From contig MGIQ01000023.1 in NCBI GenBank assembly GCA_001793825.1, forward strand, positions 3,450 to 47,845: a DNA stretch of 44,396 bases, in the 5' to 3' direction. Below the pieces are notes generated by a model. It searched no databases and was not told the DNA's origin. It worked only from the letters and a program-made list of their open reading frames with translations. Made by a program: the position numbers and the translations under genes. Source of the DNA: Candidatus Wolfebacteria bacterium RIFCSPLOWO2_01_FULL_38_11. Lineage in GTDB: Bacteria; Patescibacteriota; Minisyncoccia; UBA6257; UBA9933. This document shows, piece after piece, positions 35,384 through 44,396 of the stretch. Each line of letters begins with the position of its first letter. Within the stretch, counting starts at the first letter, position 1.

Positions 35384-35959
35384 CTAATTTTTCGCCAAAA
35401 TTTTTAAAGCTTCTTTTATTCTATCTTCGATTTTCTTTGTTTTTGTCGGAATATGTTTTATTGCCTCCTGGATTTCATTTGGCTTATATCCCAAATTTTT
35501 TAAAGCTTTTTCAATGTCGGAATCCGCCTCTATTAAAGGAAGGAGTTCTTCGTTGGTTTTTCTCTTAATTTTGTCCTTTAATTCCAAGACGATTCTCTCC
35601 GCTGTTTTCTTTCCAATGCCGGCTTTAGTTAGAAGATCTGTGCGGTTTTTGTTAATAATCGCGAAAAAGCGGTCAATATCGGAAATTCCCAACATTTTAA
35701 GCGCGTTTTTCGGCCCAATGCCGCTGATGGAAATCAATAATTCAAACATTTCCAATTCTTCATATTTTAAAAATCCGTATAATTCCATGCCATCCTGTTT
35801 GTTGTGGGTATGGCAAAAAATTTTTGTTTTCGAGCCGATTTTCGGCAATTTATAAAAAGCTTTTGGAGAAATAAAAACCCTAAATCCTATTCCATTTGCT
35901 TCCAATATGATAAATTGCGGTTTTTTTGCCACAATTCTTCCGGATAAAAAAGATATCAT
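35384..35959 (-). CDS. ruvA: Holliday junction DNA-binding protein RuvA
   Basis: MISFLSG, LYGF, ISGIGPKNA, GIGKKTAERIVLELKDK, ALKNLGY. Confidence 0.96.
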   Translation of the reverse strand: MISFLSGRIVAKKPQFIILEANGIGFRVFISPKAFYKLPKIGSKTKIFCHTHNKQDGMELYGFLKYEELEMFELLISISGIGPKNALKMLGISDIDRFFAIINKNRTDLLTKAGIGKKTAERIVLELKDKIKRKTNEELLPLIEADSDIEKALKNLGYKPNEIQEAIKHIPTKTKKIEDRIKEALKILAKN

Positions 35960-36046
35960 ATGAAATTTTATTATATCTTAAAAACAGAGAATTTTCTATC
36001 TTTTATATTGACAGCGTCATTTTTTTAAAGTATTCTAATTTCACTT

Positions 36047-36304
36047 ATGCCAATTACTAAATCAGCTAAAAAAGCTTTGCGCCAAAGCGTCAGAAAGCGG
36101 AAAAAAAATCTGAAAAGAAAATCCGAATTGAAGTCTGTTATTAAGAAATATAAAGGGCTTATTATTGAGGGTAAAAAAGAAGACGCCGCCAAATATTTGT
36201 CCCAAGTTTACAAAAAACTCGACAAGTTCGCCAAGGTCAATCTTATTAAAAATAACAAAGCTTCAAGAACTAAATCCCGGCTTTCCAAGCTTTTAGCAAA
36301 ATAA
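36047..36304 (+). CDS. rpsT: 30S ribosomal protein S20
   Basis: MPITKSAKKALRQS...LDK...NKASRTKSRL. Confidence 0.96.
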   Translation: MPITKSAKKALRQSVRKRKKNLKRKSELKSVIKKYKGLIIEGKKEDAAKYLSQVYKKLDKFAKVNLIKNNKASRTKSRLSKLLAK

Positions 36305-36340
36305 AAAACAGCCCAATCATTGATTGGGCTGTTTTTTATT
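36300..36340. terminator. Bidirectional terminator between rpsT and pnp
   Basis: AATAAAAAACAGCCCAATCA-T-TGATTGGGCTGTTTTTTATT. Confidence 0.88.
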
Positions 36341-36348
36341 TAATTCAT

Positions 36349-38448
36349 TTATTTATTAATCGCCTTCATAGACAATCCGATTCTCCCATTTTCAATTTTA
36401 ATGATTTTCGCCTTGACAATGTCTCCGAGCTTAACCACGTCTTCCACTTTTTTAACAAACCCTTCTTTAAGTTCGGAAACATGGATCATTCCGTCTTTTC
36501 CTCCTCCTAAATCGACAATCGCTCCAAATTCCAATATTTTTATAATTTTCCCTTCGATAATTTCCCCGATTTGAAATGTTCGCGTTAAAGATTGGATTTG
36601 CCGCAGTGCCGCTTGTGCTTTTTCCAGACTTTCCGCTGTGATGAAAATCCTGCCCGTCTGCTCAATGTCGATTGTTGTTACTCCTGTTTCTTTAATAATG
36701 GTGTTAATCATTTTGCCGCCCGGACCGATTACTTCTCCGATTTGTTCCGGCAAAATATCTATCGTTAAAACTCTTGGCGCGTAAGCTGAAATTTCCGGCC
36801 GAGGTTTGCTGATGGCTTTTCCGATAAAATCTAAAATTTCCAGCCGAGCTTTTTTAGATTGTTCTAAAACTTCTTCCAGTATTTTTGGAGTAATGCCTTC
36901 TATTTTAACATCCATTTGCATTGCCGTGATGCCATCAGCCGTGCCTGCTACTTTGCAATCCATATCGCCGTAATGGTCTTCCGGACCTTGAATATCCGTT
37001 AAAATTTTATATCTTCCGTCTTCCGAACTCATTAGTCCCATTGCAATGCCGGCCGCCGGTTTTTTTATTGGCACTCCTGCATCCATCAAAGACATTGACG
37101 CTGCGCAAACGCTTGCCATGGAAGATGATCCATTGGAAGATAAAATTTCTGAAACAACTCTGATGGTGTAGGGAAACTCATCAGTAGAAGGAATGAGCGA
37201 TTTAACGGCTTTTTCCGCTAAATTGCCGTGTCCTACTTCTCTTCTACCCACCCCGCCCATTCTTCCTGTTTCCCCGACTGAATAAGGCGGGAAATTATAA
37301 TGCAGCATAAACCTTCGCTTTCCGGAAACTTCCATTGTTTCCACTAATTGTTCCGCTCCGGGCGCGGCCAAAGTGGTCACTGCCAAGGCTTGAGTGTTTC
37401 CGCGGAAAAACAAAGCTGAACCGTGAAGTCTTTTCAAGATTCCCGCCTCTGCGTAAAGTTCCCGAACTTGGTCAAGCTGTCTTCCGTCCGGCCGTTTTCC
37501 GCTTTCTAAAATATTTTTATGGACCAATTTATCAATTTCTTCTTCCCAAATTGTTTCCATATCTTCGAATTCTGAAATTGATTCCGAAAGTAAATATTGC
37601 TTTAAATTTTCTTTAAGTTCATGAAGCCTGTTTTGGCGTTCGGTTTTATCTTTAATATAGAGCGCTTCTTCTATTTTATTATTTAAAAATACAGAAATTT
37701 TTTCTTTCAATTCTTGGCTGGGTTTTTTTATTTCAATCTCAATTTTCGCCTGCCCGATTTTTTTTGCGATTTCTTTTTGAAATTCGATTAATTTTTTAAT
37801 TTCTTCGTGGCCTTCCCCAAAAGTTTCTACTATATCCTTTTCGCGCGCTTCATTTCCGCCTAATTCAATCATGTTTATTCTTTCGCTGGTTGCGCTGATA
37901 AAAGCGTCAAACAAAATATTTTTATTTTCTTCAAAAATTTGATTAGTTGGATTGATAATTGTTTTTCCGTCAGCGGTTCTCGCCAATCTCACGCCCGCAA
38001 TCGGCCCGTTCCATGGAATAGGAGAGATTAAAAGAGCCGTTGAAGCGGAAAGCAGGGCAATGAAATCAGGGTCATTGGCTTCATCATAAGAAAGCACGGT
38101 GATAATAAGTTGGACATCGCGTCTCATGGCATGGTTAAAAAGCGGTCTGATGCTGCGGTCAATCAAGCGCCCCGATAAAATCGCATTTTCTGAAGGTCTT
38201 CCTTCTCTTCGCACAAATCTCGAGCCGATTATTTTTCCCGCCGCGTAAAATTTTTCCTCATAATCAACAACAAGGGGAAAATAATTAATATCTTTATCTT
38301 GTTTTCCCATTACCGCAGTCACCAAAACAGAAGTGTCTCCGTAAGTGCCGATTACCGCCGCATCAGCTTGTTCGCCTATTTTAGAAACGCTTAACGTAAG
38401 CGGTTGTCCCGCAAAATCAATTGAGAATTGTTGCTTATTTAAATCCAT
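36349..38448 (-). CDS. pnp: Polyribonucleotide nucleotidyltransferase
   Basis: RLIDRSIRPLF, HYNFPPYSVGE, SNGSSSMASVC, DHYGDMDCKVAGT, KH and S1 domains. Confidence 0.98.
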   Translation of the reverse strand: MDLNKQQFSIDFAGQPLTLSVSKIGEQADAAVIGTYGDTSVLVTAVMGKQDKDINYFPLVVDYEEKFYAAGKIIGSRFVRREGRPSENAILSGRLIDRSIRPLFNHAMRRDVQLIITVLSYDEANDPDFIALLSASTALLISPIPWNGPIAGVRLARTADGKTIINPTNQIFEENKNILFDAFISATSERINMIELGGNEAREKDIVETFGEGHEEIKKLIEFQKEIAKKIGQAKIEIEIKKPSQELKEKISVFLNNKIEEALYIKDKTERQNRLHELKENLKQYLLSESISEFEDMETIWEEEIDKLVHKNILESGKRPDGRQLDQVRELYAEAGILKRLHGSALFFRGNTQALAVTTLAAPGAEQLVETMEVSGKRRFMLHYNFPPYSVGETGRMGGVGRREVGHGNLAEKAVKSLIPSTDEFPYTIRVVSEILSSNGSSSMASVCAASMSLMDAGVPIKKPAAGIAMGLMSSEDGRYKILTDIQGPEDHYGDMDCKVAGTADGITAMQMDVKIEGITPKILEEVLEQSKKARLEILDFIGKAISKPRPEISAYAPRVLTIDILPEQIGEVIGPGGKMINTIIKETGVTTIDIEQTGRIFITAESLEKAQAALRQIQSLTRTFQIGEIIEGKIIKILEFGAIVDLGGGKDGMIHVSELKEGFVKKVEDVVKLGDIVKAKIIKIENGRIGLSMKAINK

Positions 38449-38454
38449 AAAAAT

Positions 38455-38970
38455 TTATCTTTTAAATACAATTTTCGGAATTTTATCTAAATCAATGAAA
38501 AAATCCGCCGCTTCCCTGAGTTTGCTTGAAGTGCTTCTGCCGAAAGCCGCCACTTCCACATGTTTGCCCAAGCCCCATTTGAGATATTCCACCAAAGGCG
38601 TAAAATCTCCGTCGCCCGTAACTATCACAACCGCATCCAAAGAATTAGCCATCCTAATCGCGTCAACCGCCATGCCCACATCCCAGTCCGCTTTTTTTAC
38701 TCCGCCCGCAAAAATTTGAAGATCCTTTACTCTTAGTTCAATGCCGGCTTTTTCCAAAGCGTCAAAAAAAGCCGCTTCCGAAGACCCTTCGGCAGTGTCG
38801 CTTTTTACAACATAGCCGATAGCGCGGATTAATTGCCTGTTTCCAGCGAGTATTTTGAGTAATTCCTTATAATTTACTCTTCCGTGATAAAGATTTTTAG
38901 CGGAGTGATAAAGATTTTGGATATCAATGAAGATTCCAATCCTTTGATTTTTATATTTGCTCGCCATCAT
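38455..38970 (-). CDS. NYN domain (LabA/DUF88) PIN-like nuclease
   Basis: IFIDIQNLY, KADWDVGMAVDA, VTGDGDFTPLV, ADFFID. Confidence 0.9.
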   Translation of the reverse strand: MMASKYKNQRIGIFIDIQNLYHSAKNLYHGRVNYKELLKILAGNRQLIRAIGYVVKSDTAEGSSEAAFFDALEKAGIELRVKDLQIFAGGVKKADWDVGMAVDAIRMANSLDAVVIVTGDGDFTPLVEYLKWGLGKHVEVAAFGRSTSSKLREAADFFIDLDKIPKIVFKR

Positions 38971-39236
38971 TATTTTTTAAGGCCAAGCTTTCGCACAAGG
39001 CTGCTATAACTCTTGCTGTTATTTTTTGAAAGATAATCAAGAAGGATTTTCCTTTTGCTTACCATTTTAAGCAAGCCCCGGCGCGAATGATTGTCTTTTG
39101 GGTTCTTTTTTAAATGGTCGGTGAGTTCCGTAATTTGTTTGGTTAGTAAAGAAATTTGGATTTCCGCCGAGCCGGTGTCAGTCGTGTGGATGCCGTATTC
39201 TTTAAAAATATTCTGCTTTTGTCTTGTTGTAAGCAT
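38970..39236 (-). CDS. rpsO: 30S ribosomal protein S15
   Basis: DTGSAEIQISLLT, HLKKNPKDNHSRRGLLKMV. Confidence 0.97.
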   Translation of the reverse strand: MLTTRQKQNIFKEYGIHTTDTGSAEIQISLLTKQITELTDHLKKNPKDNHSRRGLLKMVSKRKILLDYLSKNNSKSYSSLVRKLGLKK

Positions 39237-39337
39237 AAAAAATTAGTTTTTTAATATTACCTTATTGCCCTAAAAAAGGCAAGGGCTAAAAAAATAAACC
39301 CTTTGAAGAGTTTATTTAATATTAAAAAGTATTGGAT

Positions 39338-40855
39338 TTATCTGCTGATTAATTTAAGAAGTGCTCTATATAAGTTTGACCCGAGATTTGTCGTTGTTTC
39401 CGTTGGAGCTGTTTCTGGCGGATTCGTATAGGTGTTGGAATCAATCTCATTCGGCGCAATGTAAGTATTTATATCTGTAGTCGGTTGGGGATAATATTGG
39501 GTCGGATATCCGGAAGTTCCTTCTAATGGAATATAGTTGTAATTTTTATCAATAATTTTTTGATTGTAATAATCGGGAGATTTTTGTTCGTAATATTGCT
39601 GGTGATACTGTTGTTGATATTGCTGTTCGTAATTTTTATATCCTTCAAAATTTTGCTGATTATAATAAGATGCGCATTCTTCTTGTGATTTGCAATCAAT
39701 TGGAACGCCTTCGGGCAATCGATACTCATAATCTTTTATTCCACCCATTTCTTCACCTCCTCTCGTTTGATGATAATTTTCAAAGCATTTTCTCATTGTC
39801 TCGCCGACATCTTCTCTTACTGAGCTGAAATCACTGCTTCGGATTTTCTCGATTATTTCCGGTCCTAAGTTCGCTTTTAAGCATTCCGAGACTTCCGGAG
39901 GCGCGTTATTTATCATTTCTTTCATTTTATTCATTCCCTCGCCCATATTTTCCATACCGCTTTGCTTCATTCTTTCTATTTCTTCTTCACTCACGAGTCC
40001 AGCTTCTTTGGCAAAATTCATACATTCCTCCATATGAGATGAGTCAGAACAATAATTTTCGCATTCTTCTTTGCCCTTGCAGCCGCCCGGAGTGTTCCCC
40101 GATTTCATCAAAGACATCATTTTTCTCGCTTCTTCCACTTCTTCTTTGGGGATAAATCCGGCTGTCACGGCAAAATTCATACACTCCTCCATATGAGATT
40201 CTTCGGAACAATAAGATTCGCAATCTTTTTTATTCCTGCAGTTTCCCGGCGGCGTTAATCCGGACGCCATAGCTTTAGCCGCTTTCTTGGCGTCTTCTAA
40301 TTCATCTTCTGGAATCAGCCCTGCTTTTTCCGCAAAAGCCAAACATTCATTTATATGAGACATATCATTGCAATAAGTTTCGCATTCTTCTTTATTTTTG
40401 CAGCCACCCGGCAACTCTGCTCCTTCTCTTAAGGCAGCGGCTACTTTTTTTGCTTCTTCCAGTTCTTCCTCAAGCATTAAATCATGTTCTTCCGCGAAAG
40501 CCAGACACTCGTTCATATGAGAAGTGCTGTTGCAATAAGTTTCACATTCTTCTTTATTTTTGCAGCCGCCCGGCCCTTCTCCGATTTCCGTCACTACTCT
40601 TGCGCGTTTTGCGTCTTCCGTAGACATCAGCCCGTTTTTTTCGGCGAAATCAATGCAAACAGGCATATTTTTTTCTTCATCGCAATAATCTTTGCATTCT
40701 TCTTCACTCGTGCAATTGCCGAGTTCTGCGACGGGAAAAGTTATTTTATCAATTTGAGCTTGTGCGATAATTGAATAACCGGCAAAAATTCCGGTCATTA
40801 TTATTAAAAGAGCTAAAATCAAATTAAAGCTAAAATGATTTTTAAATATTTTCAT
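39338..40855 (-). CDS. Exported protein with five ~54-aa four-cysteine repeats and a Y/Q/T-rich tail
   Basis: Signal/TM then repeats of G(G/N)C-x5-C-x3-C-x8-CxxFA. Confidence 0.8.
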   Translation of the reverse strand: MKIFKNHFSFNLILALLIIMTGIFAGYSIIAQAQIDKITFPVAELGNCTSEEECKDYCDEEKNMPVCIDFAEKNGLMSTEDAKRARVVTEIGEGPGGCKNKEECETYCNSTSHMNECLAFAEEHDLMLEEELEEAKKVAAALREGAELPGGCKNKEECETYCNDMSHINECLAFAEKAGLIPEDELEDAKKAAKAMASGLTPPGNCRNKKDCESYCSEESHMEECMNFAVTAGFIPKEEVEEARKMMSLMKSGNTPGGCKGKEECENYCSDSSHMEECMNFAKEAGLVSEEEIERMKQSGMENMGEGMNKMKEMINNAPPEVSECLKANLGPEIIEKIRSSDFSSVREDVGETMRKCFENYHQTRGGEEMGGIKDYEYRLPEGVPIDCKSQEECASYYNQQNFEGYKNYEQQYQQQYHQQYYEQKSPDYYNQKIIDKNYNYIPLEGTSGYPTQYYPQPTTDINTYIAPNEIDSNTYTNPPETAPTETTTNLGSNLYRALLKLISR

Positions 40856-40857
40856 AT

Positions 40858-41103
40858 TTATTTGCCAAAAGGGTTTTTATAAGCGTCTTGAAACGGATTT
40901 GTTTTTGCTTCTTCAAAAGGATTTGTCTTCGCTTCATAGGGGTTTGTCTGCGGCATATTTTCAATCACATTCAGATTTTCTGAAGGAGTTTTCGTTTGAG
41001 GAGTTTGGATAGCGCTTCTATAATATTTTTGCCAGGCAAAAAATCCTAAAACCGCGATTATCAAGATGGAGATTGAGATGACAATTATGAGTTTTTTGTC
41101 CAT
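40858..41103 (-). CDS. Small membrane-anchored protein with NP(F/Y) repeats
   Basis: N-terminal TM; TNPY, TNPF, TNPF, KNPF. Confidence 0.75.
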   Translation of the reverse strand: MDKKLIIVISISILIIAVLGFFAWQKYYRSAIQTPQTKTPSENLNVIENMPQTNPYEAKTNPFEEAKTNPFQDAYKNPFGK

Positions 41104-41137
41104 TAATTTTATTATAACTGAAATAATAAAATTTGGT

Positions 41138-41146
41138 TGTGGATAA
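41138..41146 (-). promoter_or_regulatory. Isolated perfect DnaA box between divergent promoters
   Basis: TGTGGATAA (reverse complement TTATCCACA). Confidence 0.5.
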
Positions 41147-41247
41147 CTTTATAGGTAGTTTTATTTAATAGAGATTTTGTGATAAATAAATTAATTATTT
41201 GTCGTAATAATCTTTATTTTGCGACAGTTTTTGGTATAATAAAATTT

Positions 41248-42162
41248 ATGGCTAATATCCAGGAACTGCTTCAAGATTATCTCAATTATTTGGAAATCGA
41301 AAGAAATCGTTCGGTAAAAACAAGGGAAAATTACGGCCGCTATCTCCGCGCCTTTTTAGATTTTTCCAAGGCCAAAACCGAGAAAGATATTACTCTTGAA
41401 TCAGTCCGGGATTTCCGGATTCATTTGGCGCGCCAGAAAACCGCCAAAGGCATTGATTATAAAAAAACCACTCAAAGTTATTATATTATAGCTCTGCGCA
41501 ATTTCTTAAAATATCTTGTCAAGAATGATTATTCTGTTTTATCGCCTGATAAAATTGAACTTCCTAAAACCCCCAGCCGCCAGATTGAAATTTTAGAATA
41601 TAAAGATTTAGAAAGGCTGCTTTTGTCTCCTTCTGGAAGCGATTTGCGCTCTTTAAGAGACAGGGCGATTTTAGAAGTTTTATTTTCCACCGGATTAAGG
41701 CTTTCCGAGCTTTGCGGTCTTGGCCGCTACATTGATATTGACCGCGGCGAATTATCAGTTCGCGGCAAAGGCGACAAAATAAGAGTTGTTTTTCTCTCCG
41801 AAGGCGCCAAGAAATCTTTGAAAAATTATTTGCAGAAAAGAACAGATGCTGAATCGGCGCTTTTCATCAGTCTTACGAAAGCCAAAATTCCAAAAGTTAT
41901 TGGTCGGATTACTCCTCGCGCCGTTCAGCGTTTAATAGATTATTATTCCAAAGCAGCCGGTATTCCCGGCCATGTTCATCCTCATATGTTAAGACATTCT
42001 TACGCCACCGACCTTTTGATCAATGGCGCTGATTTGCGTTCAGTTCAGTCTTTGCTTGGTCATGCCAATGTCTCCACGACTCAAATTTATACTCATCTCA
42101 CCAATAAAGAGCTTCGCGCGGTCCATCAGGCTTTCCACGCCCGAAGAAGATCTCTAAAATAG
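41248..42162 (+). CDS. Xer-family tyrosine recombinase (XerC/XerD-like)
   Basis: Start revised to MANIQ (TGG-TATAAT 7 nt upstream); GLRLSEL, RGKG, HMLRHSYAT, LLGH, TTQIYTH catalytic set. Confidence 0.93.
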   Translation: MANIQELLQDYLNYLEIERNRSVKTRENYGRYLRAFLDFSKAKTEKDITLESVRDFRIHLARQKTAKGIDYKKTTQSYYIIALRNFLKYLVKNDYSVLSPDKIELPKTPSRQIEILEYKDLERLLLSPSGSDLRSLRDRAILEVLFSTGLRLSELCGLGRYIDIDRGELSVRGKGDKIRVVFLSEGAKKSLKNYLQKRTDAESALFISLTKAKIPKVIGRITPRAVQRLIDYYSKAAGIPGHVHPHMLRHSYATDLLINGADLRSVQSLLGHANVSTTQIYTHLTNKELRAVHQAFHARRRSLK

Positions 42163-42209
42163 CAAAACCACAAACTTGTATTTTTTATAATAAGTTATAA
42201 AATTTAAAA

Positions 42210-42527
42210 ATGGAGCTTTCGGAGCAAAAGAAAAATTTAACTCCGCCTCCGCCGGCTGTCGAAATTGAAGTTCGCACTATGGCTTCAGACATTAAAGCTA
42301 TCAAATCCGGAGGAGGAGAGCTGAGTAGCCAACCGGTTTCTCGGGTCCCGGCTTCCCCGGAATCTTTTGAGCCGATCTTCCAGTCAAAAATTTCCCCAAA
42401 TAAATCCGAAGAAGCTCAAAATAAAAAATCAGGATTAAATTTAGCGGTTATTATTTTCGGAGTTTTAATTTTAGCCGCGATTGTTGGCTTTGGAGCTTAT
42501 TATCTGGCATCAATATTATTTGAATAA
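42210..42527 (+). CDS. Hypothetical protein with C-terminal TM anchor
   Basis: Pro/Ser-rich N-terminus with EVRTMASDI, hydrophobic C-terminus. Confidence 0.7.
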   Translation: MELSEQKKNLTPPPPAVEIEVRTMASDIKAIKSGGGELSSQPVSRVPASPESFEPIFQSKISPNKSEEAQNKKSGLNLAVIIFGVLILAAIVGFGAYYLASILFE

Positions 42528-42530
42528 AAA

Positions 42531-42863
42531 ATGTTAAAAAAAGATTTACAACAATTTAAAAAGAAGCTTGAAGAAGAAAAAATAGATATTGAAAAAGAGC
42601 TTAAAGAACACAAAAAAATGCCCCGCTTTGGCACGGAGTCAACTGATCCCGACCAGGAAACAGATGAATCGGAAGAATACGGCAATCAGCTTTCTATTAT
42701 CCAGACTTATAAATCTCGTTTGTCTGATATCAATTCAGCCTTGAAAAAAATAAGCAATAATAAGTACGGCATCTGTGAAAAATGTAAAAGCGAGATTGGA
42801 TTGAATTTGTTAAAAATAAATCCAGAATCAAGATTGTGCAAAGAATGTAAGAAGAAGGCGTAA
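42531..42863 (+). CDS. TraR/DksA C4-type zinc finger protein
   Basis: Coiled coil then ALKKISNNKYGICEKC...P...LCKEC. Confidence 0.88.
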   Translation: MLKKDLQQFKKKLEEEKIDIEKELKEHKKMPRFGTESTDPDQETDESEEYGNQLSIIQTYKSRLSDINSALKKISNNKYGICEKCKSEIGLNLLKINPESRLCKECKKKA

Positions 42864-42874
42864 TTAGCTAAGTA

Positions 42875-44396
42875 ATGAAGAATTTCTCCAAAATTTATTC
42901 CGCCGAGCTTGAAGGCATTGATGCCAAATTAATTGAAGTGGAGACCGACATTAATGTCGGTCTCCATTCTTTTAATATTGTCGGCTTGGCTGACAAGGCC
43001 TTAAACGAAGCGCGGGAAAGAGTTTCCTCCGCTCTTAAAAATTCAAGCATTAAGCCGCCCACCAAAGAAAACCGCCGCATTACCATAAATTTGGCTCCGG
43101 CTGATGTCAAAAAAACCGGCTCTCAGTATGACTTAGCCATTGCTGTCGGCTATCTTCTGGCAACTAAGCAAATTAAGGCATTTAATACAGGCGATAAAAT
43201 TTTTATCGGTGAACTTTCTTTGGAAGGAACTCTTAGGCCGGTCAACGGCAGTTTAAATATTGCCCAATTGGCAAATAAACTCGGCTTTAAATTTTTATTT
43301 ATTCCCAAAGCTAACGCAGTTGAAGCAGCGGTAATCGCCGGCATAAAAGTTATTCCTGTTTCAAATTTGGAAGAATTGATTAATCATCTTGAAGAAAGAG
43401 AGCAGATTGGTTTTCAGGAACCGGTTCTGTTTCAATCAACCAATTATTGCGACATAGACATCTCTGAAGTTAAAGGACAGGAAAATGCCAAGCGAGCTTT
43501 GATGGTTGGAGCTGCGGGAGGCCACAATATTTTAATGTCCGGACCGCCCGGCGCCGGCAAAACAATGCTGGCTCAATCCTTAATTTCTATTTTGCCTCCG
43601 CTTGAACTGGAAGAAGGCATTGAAATTACTAAAATTTATAGCGCCGCTGGATTTCTCAAAAATAAAAATTTCATAAACTCCCGGCCTTTCCGCGCGCCTC
43701 ATCATTCCGCTTCTTTGGTTTCTATTGTCGGAGGCGGAGCCAACCCTCGGCCCGGAGAAATTAGTCTTGCTCATCGCGGCGTTTTATTTCTTGATGAAAT
43801 CCCGGAATTTCACAGAGACATTTTGGAATCTCTGCGCCAGCCGCTTGAGAGCGGAAATGTTTGCGTTTCTCGGGCAAAAAATGTTTTGAATTTTCCCGCC
43901 AGATTTTTGCTGGTCGCCGCCATGAATCCCTGCCCTTGCGGGTATTTCAGCGATTCTCAAAAGAATTGCCGCTGCAGCGCCAATGAAGTTTTTAGATATC
44001 AGAAGAAAATTTCCGGCCCTCTTTTGGACAGGATTGATATTCAGATTGAAGTGCCGAGAATAAAAATAGAAGAGCTTAGAAAGCCGCACAAAGATGATTC
44101 CGGAGGAGAAATCAAAAAGAAAATTTTAAAAACTCTGGAAATTCAAAAACAGAGATTTTCAAAAACTAATCCCAAAATTCGCCTTAATTCGGAAATGAGT
44201 TCCAAGCAGGCGGAAAAATTCGCTTTATTTTCTCAAGATGCAGAAAATTTTTTGAAAAATATTTTAGAAAAGTCTTTTGTCTCCGGTCGAGGTTATTTCC
44301 GGATTTTGAAAATCGCCCGTACTATCGCTGATTTGGAAGAAGAGGAAAAAATAAAAAGCCATCATTTAGCAGAGGCTTTTCAATATCGAGTTAGGG
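42875..44396 (+). CDS. comM: YifB/ComM family Mg-chelatase-like AAA+ ATPase (stop lies beyond the window)
   Basis: Not in ORF track; manual translation gives IVGLADKALNEARERV, NLAPADVKK, GGHNILMSGPPGAGKTML, RPFRAPHHS, PGEISLAHRGVLFLDE, AMNPCPCG. Confidence 0.95.
   Translation, partial: MKNFSKIYSAELEGIDAKLIEVETDINVGLHSFNIVGLADKALNEARERVSSALKNSSIKPPTKENRRITINLAPADVKKTGSQYDLAIAVGYLLATKQIKAFNTGDKIFIGELSLEGTLRPVNGSLNIAQLANKLGFKFLFIPKANAVEAAVIAGIKVIPVSNLEELINHLEEREQIGFQEPVLFQSTNYCDIDISEVKGQENAKRALMVGAAGGHNILMSGPPGAGKTMLAQSLISILPPLELEEGIEITKIYSAAGFLKNKNFINSRPFRAPHHSASLVSIVGGGANPRPGEISLAHRGVLFLDEIPEFHRDILESLRQPLESGNVCVSRAKNVLNFPARFLLVAAMNPCPCGYFSDSQKNCRCSANEVFRYQKKISGPLLDRIDIQIEVPRIKIEELRKPHKDDSGGEIKKKILKTLEIQKQRFSKTNPKIRLNSEMSSKQAEKFALFSQDAENFLKNILEKSFVSGRGYFRILKIARTIADLEEEEKIKSHHLAEAFQYRVR

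Noticed and set aside
41179..42162. Tyrosine recombinase as a prophage or integron integrase
   Set aside because: XerC/D-like size and motifs, no integron-specific insertion, no att/tRNA or phage genes adjacent; the first 23 codons overlap its promoter.
42895..44089. Short minus-strand ORFs at the right end
   Set aside because: Antisense shadows of comM, which is open from 42875 to the window end.
1..44396. Alternative genetic code (TGA as Gly)
   Set aside because: dnaA, tgt and uvrA end at TGA at expected lengths and conserved genes are uninterrupted under code 11.

Overview
Chromosomal segment of an AT-rich, reduced-genome bacterium, most likely Patescibacteria/CPR (Parcubacteria-like; inferred from the stand-alone PolA 5'-3' exonuclease, rpsO-NYN-pnp, rtcB-archease and pilin-fusion genes). 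TGA is used as stop. It contains dnaA-oriC-dnaN, rpmH-rnpA-yidC-jag, scattered ruvA/ruvB/ruvC, a domain-trimmed uvrB/uvrA/uvrC set, pilB, tgt, glyA, murE, pnp, a Xer recombinase and comM. No rRNA, tRNA, CRISPR array or transposase was seen. Most notable: (1) two gene classes: housekeeping genes appear leaderless and lack Shine-Dalgarno sites, whereas interspersed orphan genes sit in self-contained units with a sigma70 promoter, a boxA-like GTTCTTT(G/A)A leader motif, a strong AGGAGG and an intrinsic terminator; (2) two of these orphans (24000-24794, 26762-27622) look like distant paralogues of an unrecognised family; (3) an unannotated structured RNA with 6S-like architecture between ruvB and pilB; (4) two families of short repeats (a CCTTGGCGAAGG palindrome and 7-10 nt periodic repeats) that flank genes and are inserted in-frame into conserved proteins. 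All calls are by eye; no searches or folding programs were run.
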